From positions 275,094,001 through 275,158,000 of the forward strand of contig CM097883.1 of the NCBI GenBank assembly GCA_044892505.1: 64,000 nucleotides of DNA. Reading direction: 5' to 3'. Positions 30,489 to 41,170 of this stretch are shown here, piece by piece. The translations under genes and the position numbers were made by a program. Origin of the DNA: Schmidtea nova (lineage: Eukaryota). Position 1 is the stretch's first letter, and each line of letters starts with the position of its first letter. Below the pieces are notes generated by a model. That model searched no databases and was not told the DNA's origin. It worked only from the letters and a program-made list of their open reading frames with translations.

Positions 30489-30845
30489 ATGACCGAACAG
30501 GACGAAACAACTGAAATAACTATGGCTATGAGATGGAAGGCACAATGTGATTTATTAGTACGAACAGTCAACTCATTACAGAACCAATTAGCGGAAAGAC
30601 AAATGTTATTATCAGAAAGTTATAACAATTGTTTCGAACAATTACACAGAATAGAGGAACAACAAAGAGCGATAACTGAACTCACCAGAGAAAATCAAAC
30701 GATAAGCAACACCAATCAAAGACAAGCAATAGAAATAAACCATTTAACACGAGGAGAAAGAGAAGGATCCGAAGAAGGATGGATGAGTTGGGTAATAAAT
30801 AGATTAAACAACGAAGCGGAACCAGATTCAACGAATGAGCCATAG
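30489..30845 (+). CDS. Accessory ORF, 118-aa coiled-coil protein
   Basis: Intact ORF with the element's A-rich codon usage, heptad pattern, TAG-AAA-ATG start context. Confidence 0.7.
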   Translation: MTEQDETTEITMAMRWKAQCDLLVRTVNSLQNQLAERQMLLSESYNNCFEQLHRIEEQQRAITELTRENQTISNTNQRQAIEINHLTRGEREGSEEGWMSWVINRLNNEAEPDSTNEP

Positions 30846-30937
30846 ATAAATAAAGCGGAAAACTGTAAATATGTAAAAATAAAAACAAGAAAAACCAAAA
30901 ATAAATGACAAGTCGAATGTATATATTATTGTAGAAA

Positions 30938-32314
30938 ATGGACAGAGAAGAACGAATAATCGAAATTTTGAGACTAGAAAACAGAAAATGGAGCAAGAGA
31001 CTCACATGCGGAAAATGTAACAATTTATTACGAGAACCCAGACAAACGATATGTGGATGTAGAATATGTACAAAATGTATACAAGAATTAGATGTAACAG
31101 GAATAACAACATGCCCAGCATGTAAAGAAGGAAGAATAGTGTTGAACGAAACCAGAACGGACAAAGCAACCCAGAGAGAAATTATGAGCACCATAACGGA
31201 GTGCGTAAATACACCTTGTACATGGCAAGGACAAATAAGCAATCTAGAGAACCATATGGAAAAATGCGAGGAAAAGAGAGCCGAATGCGAGAAATGCCAA
31301 CAGACAATAACTCTAAAGAAGAGAGAACAACACAAGGAAGAATGTAAAGAAGAAGAAATCGCATGCGAGTATTGTGAAACTCGAGAAACAAGGAGAAAAA
31401 TCGAAGAGGAACACTTGAATATAACAGAAGAGAAAGTATGCAGACAATATGTAAGTAAATGTCCAAACAATTGCGAAATAACCGAAGAAGTAAAGTTACA
31501 TGAACATTGGAAAGTATGTACCGAAAGACCAAGAGAATGTCCATATAACAAGCAGGGATGCAAAGAAAAGCGGACGCGGCAATCAATGAAACAACACCTA
31601 GAAGAAGCAGCACTAACGCATGTGGAAATGACAAACGAAACGACAAAAGAAACGGAACAGACAATCCAGAAATTAGAAAAAGAAGTAGAATCACATAAGA
31701 TAATGATGAGTTTACTACTAGAAACAAGAGAGCAGTTTGAACTAACTCGCGAAAGAATGGAAAAGAAAATAATAGCCATAGAAGAATTAGGAAAAGGAAT
31801 GAAAATACAATATAATCAATTAATACGAGAAATTGACGAAAGAAGGGACTTACCAATCGCACCTTACCTATGGAAAGTAACAGATTTCAGAGACAAACTA
31901 GCAGAAGCCAGAAATATGACGAAAACAGCAGTAATAAGCCCACCATTTTATTTATGGAAAAACGGGGTTAAAATAAGATTGAAAGTATACCCAAATGGAG
32001 ACGGAAGAGGACAAGGAACACACGTGTCAATATTCTTCTCACTATGTAAAGGAGAATACGATGACCTAATAGAATGGCCCTTGAAAATAGGAGTCATTAT
32101 AAGAATCAAAAGTATGGGAAAACCGGTAGAAAAGTTCTTTGAAACAGACAAACATTCGAGTACGAGCGAAAAACCAACGACAGAATGCGGACTAGCAGCA
32201 GGAGAACCAATGTTTATAAGGAAAGAAAACCTATGGGAGCAACTATATGCAGACACGCTATACATAGAGATGGAGAGGCATGAGAAAACAGACAGAAAAG
32301 GATGGTTGGCGTAA
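30938..32314 (+). CDS. Full-length TRAF-family protein (RING, TRAF zinc fingers, coiled coil, MATH/TRAF-C), 458 aa
   Basis: CGKCNNLLREPRQTICGCRICTKC...CPAC; C-x-C zinc fingers; LWKVTDF...SPPFY...YPNGDGRGQGTHVSIFFSLCKGEYDDLIEWP. Confidence 0.95.
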   Translation: MDREERIIEILRLENRKWSKRLTCGKCNNLLREPRQTICGCRICTKCIQELDVTGITTCPACKEGRIVLNETRTDKATQREIMSTITECVNTPCTWQGQISNLENHMEKCEEKRAECEKCQQTITLKKREQHKEECKEEEIACEYCETRETRRKIEEEHLNITEEKVCRQYVSKCPNNCEITEEVKLHEHWKVCTERPRECPYNKQGCKEKRTRQSMKQHLEEAALTHVEMTNETTKETEQTIQKLEKEVESHKIMMSLLLETREQFELTRERMEKKIIAIEELGKGMKIQYNQLIREIDERRDLPIAPYLWKVTDFRDKLAEARNMTKTAVISPPFYLWKNGVKIRLKVYPNGDGRGQGTHVSIFFSLCKGEYDDLIEWPLKIGVIIRIKSMGKPVEKFFETDKHSSTSEKPTTECGLAAGEPMFIRKENLWEQLYADTLYIEMERHEKTDRKGWLA

Positions 32315-32428
32315 TGAAGGAAGTAACCATGTAAATAAAATGTATAGAAACAATATAAATTAACGAATAATCAAAAACAATAAAAATAAAAAAATGATTA
32401 AATATTCTTTTTATCTGTAATTATAGAA

Positions 32429-33490
32429 ATGGGAAATATAGAAGTAACCTTACAAGAAGTAACAGTACATCAAGACGAAATGATCAGAAATCACATGGAG
32501 CGGATTGGGATATGGATTCATGCCTATTATCGAAAACAGGAGGAATTGGAAAGACAAACCCAAGCACTAAGAGAAGCCGAGAAAACGAATCAAAGAAGTC
32601 GAGAAAAAATAGAAGAAGTCTACAAACTACTAAGACAACAAAACGAATACTACAAAGAGATGATGAAAGAGCGACGAGAGGAGAGGGATAGACAACAAAT
32701 AAAAACAGACCATAAGATTCAGTCAATCACAGAACAAGCCAGATATTGGAAGAAAGAGGCAAAAGACTCTTATAAGGAAGCAAGGGAGATAATAGAACGA
32801 ACAGCGTACAGCGATGATTGGAAACTGTTTAAAGAGATCGATGAATTAAAAGAGGAATTAGGGCAAAAGATCAGTCAAGAAGCATCAAATAAAGTATGGA
32901 GTAAGAAAAGACAACAATTTATCCGAGAACAAGCCAAGAAAATAAAAGAATTAACTTATCAAGTACAAAGAATGGGAGAAGACTTAGCCAATCAAGAACA
33001 GTTAAAAGGTATGCTGACAGGAATGTGGAATCACAAGGAAGAAAACATGAAAAGAGACATAAATGGATATCAAGGAGTGATCACCCAGAAGAAAATAGAA
33101 TTAAAAAGAACTAAAGAAAGAATGGAAGAAACGAGGCAGAGTTATGAAGAGAACATAACAAATTTGGCAAAAGAAAACGAAGAACTGAGAAAGAAGTTGG
33201 CAGAAAAACCAACACCAATAAAAGAAACAAGTATCACAGCAGCAGTGACCGAAATGATGGAGAAGGAAGAGAGAGAGAAAAAATTGGCAGAACTAGAAAA
33301 ACAAATTGAAACCCTAACAGAACAGGCGAACTATCTGGAATACTTATTAGATGAAGAGATCCAGATATCCCACACATACCGAGAAGAAGTCGAAATGTGG
33401 AGGAGCACGGTAATATGGATGCCACTCCCCATAAATCAGGTGGAACCTCAAGACGAAGGTTTTCACGAACCCAACGAAACCCTTGTATAA
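32429..33490 (+). CDS. Accessory ORF, 353-aa coiled-coil protein
   Basis: Intact E/K/R/Q-rich heptad ORF; pyrimidine tract plus TAG directly before ATG. Confidence 0.75.
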   Translation: MGNIEVTLQEVTVHQDEMIRNHMERIGIWIHAYYRKQEELERQTQALREAEKTNQRSREKIEEVYKLLRQQNEYYKEMMKERREERDRQQIKTDHKIQSITEQARYWKKEAKDSYKEAREIIERTAYSDDWKLFKEIDELKEELGQKISQEASNKVWSKKRQQFIREQAKKIKELTYQVQRMGEDLANQEQLKGMLTGMWNHKEENMKRDINGYQGVITQKKIELKRTKERMEETRQSYEENITNLAKENEELRKKLAEKPTPIKETSITAAVTEMMEKEEREKKLAELEKQIETLTEQANYLEYLLDEEIQISHTYREEVEMWRSTVIWMPLPINQVEPQDEGFHEPNETLV

Positions 33491-33565
33491 ATGTGCGGAA
33501 ACCAAGTGTAAATAAATTATGTAAAATAAAAAGTGTCAAGCTGTATTGACCGATGTATAAAAGAA

Positions 33566-34135
33566 ATGAGAAAGCTCGCAATAGCAACACTCCTATGGTT
33601 AACAACCATTACCCTACAGAGAGAAGATCTACAACTAACCGAAACCCAATTACGAGTTCTACCCGACAAAACCTATCAGAAAGTAGACAGCCTAATCGAA
33701 GAAGTAATTAAAGAAATCAACGAATTCCGACAGAAATTCCCCCACAATCAAGATCGTCAAATCCAACAAATCTTCGATAATCAACAACTGAAACTAGAAG
33801 AAACCCGAAAAATCCTGAAAGAAGGTAGAGAACCCATAAAAAGCCTATCCCAAGCTGAAATAGAATATCAAGAGAAATGGATCATAGCAATCATCATAAT
33901 CCTAGCAGTCAGCACAACTATCATCGCAATCACAATCCTGCTTGCCTCATATAGAATAAAAATCCTAAAACAAAAGCAGAAAATCTACAACCAAACCTCC
34001 AGACGAGATAACCGAGCTCAAAGACGAATAAGGAGCCATCTCAACCACATTCAAACCCACTACGAGCTACAAATGATCAACGAGAGGACCCGAACTCAAC
34101 CCCAAGCGAGCCAGACGATCGAACAAATTGTATAA
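33566..34135 (+). CDS. Accessory ORF, small type I membrane protein (signal, helical ectodomain, TM, basic tail)
   Basis: ATG at 33566; MRKLAIATLLWLTTITL; TM WIIAIIIILAVSTTIIAITILLASY. Confidence 0.72.
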   Translation: MRKLAIATLLWLTTITLQREDLQLTETQLRVLPDKTYQKVDSLIEEVIKEINEFRQKFPHNQDRQIQQIFDNQQLKLEETRKILKEGREPIKSLSQAEIEYQEKWIIAIIIILAVSTTIIAITILLASYRIKILKQKQKIYNQTSRRDNRAQRRIRSHLNHIQTHYELQMINERTRTQPQASQTIEQIV

Positions 34136-34323
34136 ACATTATGATAACTTATCGAACTATTGTGACAAATCATTACATTTTGACTATTTAGTGACAAACT
34201 TTATGATATGTATAAATCCGATCACCTTATGTGATTTTTATCTTTGCATGTATAACTTTATAAAACTTTTTATGGATGATGAATATAAGTATTTATGTAT
34301 AATTAATTGCGGGACGCAATTTT

Positions 34324-34339
34324 AGGGGTCCCCGGGTGA
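34324..34339 (+). other. Plus-strand priming position (atypical PPT)
   Basis: AGGGGTCCCCGGGTGA abuts the 3' LTR; G-rich but not a pure purine tract. Confidence 0.45.
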
Positions 34340-35727
34340 TGTTGGGCCCGCCAAATCACCTAAAAACACAATAAAACGAACAAAATCATGAAACAATAAA
34401 GAAATGATAAAAATAAAAATAGCAAGAAAAACAAATTAAAAATAACAATAAAACGACAAATAATAATTGAGAAATTTTCAGTAAAAGGAAATTTTGAAAA
34501 TAAACCGGTAAACAACCGCAAAAGGGGGCCTGAAATAAGAAAAGTAGAATTAAATAAAATAATAGTACAAATAATTAATTAATTACTTAGAAAATCAGGA
34601 CCACCCAGCGAGAAACCGGAAAAGGAAACAAAATAATGTTTAGATTAGATTAAAATAATAAAAATACTTTGAAGGACGGCCTGATCCTGATTGGTCAATC
34701 CAACCAGACGGATCAGTATAAATACCGATCCAAAAATCACAACAACAGACTTGAGACGTTTTTACTTTTCACTTACAATCAAGACTAAACTTTGATTTAA
34801 GTAACATTTCATTTAACGAAGCGAGAATTTTTTGAAAAAACAGAATTCAAGTACGGAACGTAATTTTTATTGTTATTTTTTAATGTACCCATGATTTTTA
34901 TTTTAATTAAAAGTTTATATGTAAACGTCATTTCATTTTTTCATTGATTATTTTTAATGCATATAGCTATACTTCCTATGCTGCTCACGCGGCGAGGGAG
35001 TCCGAGTCGTCGTCGTGGGGCCTCAGGGTCTCACATGGCGGTTCAACCTTTTTATTATTTAATTTAGATGTGAAGTTTTATCTAGAAAATTTGATTGAAT
35101 TTTTAGTCTAATACAGACCATTTGCAAATTATTTAATTTTGGGTTGCACAACGGACGAAGGTCGAGGGCCAAATATGTAGATTGCGGAGGGCGGATGGAT
35201 AAGGAGGGACACCCCATGGTAGGGCATGCTCAGTCTTTAAATTTTTGGTAAATTGAATCGAAAGGGAACCTCCCGCATGGAAAACAGTGAGCAACAACTA
35301 AAATAAATTTGAATAATTTCGTTGGAATGAGAAAATCCAACGTAGTCCAAAGTCCGATTTCATTCGGAATCAGCATTTCGCCTACGAAATTTTAACATCG
35401 ATAAATTCCGATCGCGATGGAATGCGTCGGAAAATCCAAATTAAATTAGTTACTAAAAATAGGCCGATCGTCGTATATGACGCGGTTTCCCAAGTTATTC
35501 TCCGATCGCTGTATATAGCGCGGAAATCTTGATTAAATTCGATAATTCCTGAATGCTGTATATAGCACAGGACTAATTATGAACTCTTTATTCCGACCGT
35601 GGTAGATCACGGCGGAGAGAAATAAAATTAATCTTATTTTTTAACTGTTGTGATTATATGCAACATAATTAAATTATCAACGAATTTCCCCCTTAACTCA
35701 TATTTATATCCAATAAATGTAATATAG

Positions 35728-36207
35728 ATGTCGACAGCTGAACTTATACATCAATTGACGCAACTACGGAATATGGAGCAAGGGAATCTGCGAAATGGAA
35801 ATATCTCGCAGCTCAAGGATCTACCAGCATCGATATTGCGGACCCTCAACTGCCAAATGTATAAGTGGCGACAGGGGTTTGGCCGAAAATGCCCGTTCTC
35901 GATATGGACAGGAGGGCACGACCAAATACTCTATCGAGGAGGACCGAACTGGCCGATTTCTCAAAGGCCGTACTCAAACAAATTTGGCCGACTTGTCGTA
36001 CTGATCAAGGACACCGATGGACGGACAAGCCGTGTAATTTATTGGGGGCATATCCCTCGTCGGGAACTATGCCAACTAGGCCTACACGAATTCCTGCCAC
36101 GAAAACCGTTCGGCAAGGAGTGCCAGAAAGGACAATCCTCATTCTCTTGGGCTCGTCTCCGTCAGAAACCGATTAACAGCGAATTGCATAGCCTGTTTCG
36201 GAGATAA
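35728..36207 (+). CDS. LTR-encoded ORF1, 3' LTR copy
   Basis: Translation identical to 9093-9572. Confidence 0.55.
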   Translation: MSTAELIHQLTQLRNMEQGNLRNGNISQLKDLPASILRTLNCQMYKWRQGFGRKCPFSIWTGGHDQILYRGGPNWPISQRPYSNKFGRLVVLIKDTDGRTSRVIYWGHIPRRELCQLGLHEFLPRKPFGKECQKGQSSFSWARLRQKPINSELHSLFRR

Positions 36208-36390
36208 GAACTGATTGTCAAATCTTTCAAATTGTGATTAAATATTAATATTCAGTAGTGTTTTTGTTTTGTTGTTTTGAGTTTTGGTATTGTGTTTTTA
36301 TAATTCATATTCGTAACCAAATAACCCTATAATCAGTTTCATTTTTCACATCATTTAATCATAGAGTAAATATCCTAAATAAATTATAGA

Positions 36391-36987
36391 ATGAACCCAG
36401 ATTTGATGCAGAAAGAATTGGAAAAGATGTGGCGGATTCGGAGAGCCCAGGACAAGGAATTGGGTCTCCTCAAGGCACAATTGATCAAAGCAGAGGCACA
36501 GATTGCATATTTGCGCAAAAGCTGGTTTGCTCCGGCCCGTATGAAGGAGCAAATCAGTAAAACCGAGCGCGCCCAACAGACTGCAGCCGATTACCAAATG
36601 GAATGGGAGGCTACAAAGATAGAACTCCGAAAATGCCTCCATTCCGTAACTGCCTCATACATCGAGAAGGAACTCAGAGAGCAAATCCGTCCGATTACGT
36701 ACCAAGCTTGGACGGCAGAAAAGAAGACAGTAAACTCCATTGGAACGGATGTCACCGATTTAATTGAAAGTCGGAATGAGACAGCTCCTCCAGCCAATTC
36801 AACCACTTCATCGGCGACTGCGCACCAGAAACGCAAGCGCATTGGGCAGAAACGGCGGAGACAGAGAAAATTATTTGCCCAGCAATTACAAATCCAAGTC
36901 GATGGTCTACATCAGATGACTGAGGAAGCATTATTGACGGAGATTTTTCCTCCGGCGGGAGTTTTTACCGAACTCATTAAAAATTAA
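36391..36987 (+). CDS. LTR-encoded ORF2, 3' LTR copy
   Basis: Translation identical to 9756-10352. Confidence 0.8.
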   Translation: MNPDLMQKELEKMWRIRRAQDKELGLLKAQLIKAEAQIAYLRKSWFAPARMKEQISKTERAQQTAADYQMEWEATKIELRKCLHSVTASYIEKELREQIRPITYQAWTAEKKTVNSIGTDVTDLIESRNETAPPANSTTSSATAHQKRKRIGQKRRRQRKLFAQQLQIQVDGLHQMTEEALLTEIFPPAGVFTELIKN

Positions 36988-37454
36988 ATAAATTGTTGCA
37001 TTGGCTTAAGAATCTCATCGTTCATTTAAATTGATTTAATTAACTTTACCAATGATTAAATAAAGATAGAACAAAAGTATAAATTCAGTTTACAAAATAT
37101 CGAATAGAGATAATTAAATAATTAAGCGAGCATTCGTTGAAATACTTCTCGCAGACTGAGCAATGATAAAAATAAATTTTCTGAAAGATTAACGCGGGAT
37201 ACATAAGTAGATGATTAAAGCATAAGTCCTTCTAACGGCAGCAATGAACCCGTAAACATAAATGGGGAGTAGTACTAGCGATAGTGCTCACCTGCCCATC
37301 ATTGTTTAACCACCCTGCGCATCACCAACTTGATTATATAGGGAAATAATCAAGGGCGCTGGAGTGTAGAATTGCAATTTTATGCATGATCATGGATGAG
37401 GGATCCCTAGTCATTGTTAGAACATTTTTCATCTAACCCCTCCATGAACCCAGC

Positions 37455-37486
<32 letters not shown>

Positions 37487-37504
37487 TATTATTATTATTA
37501 TTAT

Positions 37505-39274
37505 TGGTGGGTTGTTGATCGTCAATATGACCTTGACGTTGCTATGGCTCGCATCAACAACTCAACACATAAAACATTGAAATTACCATCTTGTTACCCG
37601 TCACTATGTAACGTTGGTACTGTAACAAGTGGGTGGGTATTCGCAATCAGTGAGCGTCGTCAATACGAAACTATGATTGACCGAATATCTCCTGGGTCCA
37701 AGGGCTACCGATAGAAGGTTTAATGCCCATTTTGTCCCTCCTTTAATGATTGATCTATAAGCATTCAACAAAATTTTATCGGAAATTCAACATAAACACT
37801 CTACGCAACTATTAATTCATTATTGCACCCAAATAAATTATTCCGAGCATCAAAAACACTAATATAACCCTGTATTTTACCAATATTGCATTTTATGATA
37901 ATTAATACATAAAATATTTTATTTTTATAGAAAAATTTTAATCTGCATTTGAAATTTAAGAAAAATTTTAATTATTACCGTAATTTAATCCAGTTTAGAA
38001 ATAATAAAAATAAAATTTCCGTTTGTTTAAAATTGCTAATTTAATCAAAAGGACAAATTTACTCAATTTAAAAATTATATTAATTTTAAAGGTAATTTTC
38101 TGAAGTTTTCACTAAATTGATAAATTAACGATTTCTATAGTTCAGATCAACAAGAAATGGACCTCTCCAGAAACTACGAAGCCAGAGGAAAATTCTCCCA
38201 CCCAAACGGGTCAATCCGATTAGAACTCGAGCTCCTATGAAGCAAAATAGCCCGCTCTACCAACCAAGTAAAATTTTGATTATTTCAGAATTATAATTTA
38301 TTTTGAACAATTTTAGAAAATTTCTTGAAGAGAATATGTTAGAACCGGCCCTTCAAGCACTATAAACCGGAAAAAATCCTTGCCGGGGACTCTTATCCCT
38401 CAAACTGAATTTTTATCAATAAATCTTTAGATAAAAAAAATTTTTTTCGTCTTTACTCTTTTTCGTTTGAGTTTTTATTATTTTTATGAAATTTTTGTAA
38501 ATTAAAAAATAAACTGTAATGTAAATGGCCTATTTGGCTGGGTAAATTCAATTTTATATGGTAGGTTTGAATGATAGAAATTTTTGTATGGTTTTTCTGG
38601 ATGTATGTTGCCGACTAACATAACTGTGTAGAATTTTCAGTATTGTTTGCTTGTGTGTATATAACTATTGAATGCTAATAAATGATACTGTGTATGTGTG
38701 TATATTGTATTTTAAATATATGTTGCTTGTGTATTAGTATGGGAAATGTTATTGAATGAAATGGATGTAATTTTTTGCAATTAGGGATGCATTATGATTT
38801 TTGAGATATCGTGGGGGTATTTATAATATATATATATATATAAATTATATAAAATATTTTTAAAATTAAAATAATAAAAATAATTTTTATATTAAAATAA
38901 TAATAATAATTTTTATAATACTTTTCATAAATTTTAGATTTATAATTTTACGAAAATAATACAATAATAAAATTTCCAATTTTTATATTATAAATTTTTA
39001 TAATACTTTTTATAAATTTTAAATTTATAATTTTATAAAGATATAATAATAAAATTTCTAATTTTTACAATACACATTTTCCCAATACTTCTTATAAATT
39101 TTAGATTTATAATTTTATGAAAGTAATATAATAATAAAATTTCTAATTTTTATAATACATATTTTTATAATACTTTTTATAAATTTTAAATTTATAATTT
39201 TATGAAAATAATATAATAATAAAATCTCTAGTCTCTATAATATACATTTTAATATTCGAATTTTTATATTTTAA

Positions 39275-39330
<56 letters not shown>

Positions 39331-41131
39331 AAAAATTTTTCCTATAAAATTTTGAAATTTTGGATTTTTTAAAATGATAAAATTTTCGATATAATAATAA
39401 TATTTTCGATTTAAAATTCTTATGGGTTTCAATATAAGTTTTGATTTATAAATTCTTAGGAATTTTATAAAATGACAAAATCTTTTATATCATAACAATA
39501 TTCGGAGAATTTTTGGTTCACAATTTTTCATTATAAAAATTTTCAATATAATAAAAAGTAAATTTTTATTTTTTGATCGAAACGAAATCCACATAATAAT
39601 AAATTTTTCATCCATAAATTCCGAAATCTAAATAAGCATTTAATCAAAAATAAAATTTTATATGCTAAATAAAAATAAAATAAAAATAAGTTATAAATTT
39701 TTCAACGAAATTTTTTCGACATCGAATAAAGTTAATTTCGGTTTCATTATTATTCCATCGGATTTGAGCATTAATTCGAACGATTTACTTTTTAATATCG
39801 GTTTTTAATATTCTGGATCTTGGATGAGAAGAAAATTATTGTGAAGGTGAAGGCGAAGGACGAGTAAAATGTTTTTGCATAATTATTTTTCCTAATGGAA
39901 AAGACATTGTTGGAGAGATTTGTCTTTACGTTTTCATGTGGTATTACTTTTCAATATATTAAAATTTATAAATTCGGATAAGCTACATTTATTATAAATA
40001 AATATCATTAATATAACACCTTGCCTTGGGCCAAGCCACTGTTCCCCAGTTGGGATGAAGTGAGCATGGATGGTTAGGCTAATCACCTGAACTCGGACGA
40101 ATGGACTGATCGATTTACGTATCGAACCAGCGATCCGCTCAGGCTACTTCCACCCGATCGGCGCAAGGCCAGACACAGGCTTCAGGGGGTAAGGAAGTAA
40201 AAAAAAAATTTAATATTTTTTATTTATTTATCCTCTTTATAATATATATTATTGTGACTTTAAACGGCAATTTGTGACAAACAAAAATTAAAGAATTAAA
40301 AGTAAATATTTTAATATTCAATAAAGATAGCATAATAATAATAATAATATAAAAATTATAAACACATTACCGGTACGGGATAATCGAACAGGCATGGTGT
40401 TCGATGACCCCGCGCCAACAAAAGAATAAGACTTACGAATAAATTTAGAAATCTTCTTGCATAAAATTTTTAAAAAAAATTTTTCACAAATTCTGAATAG
40501 ATTCCATTTTGATGGCGGTATATATACCGTCGATTTTCGTCACCTTCACCAGTGTAATAAAACAAATTGTTCTAGAACTTTCCATTTAATTTTTCTAAAT
40601 TAATTCTAATGATTTTCCGAAAATTAAATCCATATTTTTGTGTAATAATTTTTTACAAAACACAAATAATTTATTTTAATCCAAAATTTTTATTTTTGAA
40701 TCGAAATTTGTTCGATTTAATTTAATTTACGATATTTCAATCAATATTAATTCTTTTTATTGTTAATGTGAAATATTTTGCTAAAATCACAATTTTCGGC
40801 TAAAATTCTGTTAATTTTTTCTGCATGAAGGTTTTATAACACAATTCCGTTGTTTATGGGTATTTTCAATGGGTTTTCCGCCTTATTCTAACTTTTAAAC
40901 GTTCTTCTTTTGATGGTATTTGATTTTTTCTCGAGGTTTCAATGTAAGAGCTCTCAGACTCACAGCTAGCGCGTTCTCTACTGGTTGATGTGTTGTGAGT
41001 TCACTTCACCTTTTGCTGTTTTTCACTTAATCGTTTCGATTTTTAAGGGATATTTGGGTTAAAACTGAATCTTGCGCGTTCTCTACCTATGGGGTTATCG
41101 CTTTATTAAAACATTTGTGGTTTTTGCCCAA

Positions 41132-41133
<2 letters not shown>
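37505..41133 (-). mobile_element. Probable solo LTR of a related family (3629 bp)
   Basis: Minus strand starts TGTTGGGC and ends CCCACCA; TTAT on both flanks in a (TTA)n tract; first 300 bp homologous to 63699-64000. Confidence 0.68.

Positions 41134-41167
<34 letters not shown>

Positions 41168-41170
<3 letters not shown>

Larger units (their letters stand above)
7705..37455 (+). mobile_element. Giant (29,751 bp) intact Ty3/Gypsy-type LTR retroelement with envelope glycoprotein and accessory genes
   Basis: Two 3116-bp direct repeats offset by 26635 bp with TG...CA ends; TAAT on both flanks; PBS; gag; PR-RT-RH-IN in Gypsy order; all ORFs uninterrupted. Confidence 0.97.
34340..37455 (+). repeat. 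3' LTR (3116 bp)
   Basis: Direct repeat of 7705-10820; followed by TAAT and (TAA)n. Confidence 0.97.

Noticed and set aside
13354-33605. Many minus-strand ORFs of 60-365 aa (for example 17704-18465, 25418-26194, 30682-31779)
   Set aside because: They are F/L/S/I-rich shadows of the A-rich sense ORFs, whose antisense strand is poor in stop codons; no recognisable motifs.
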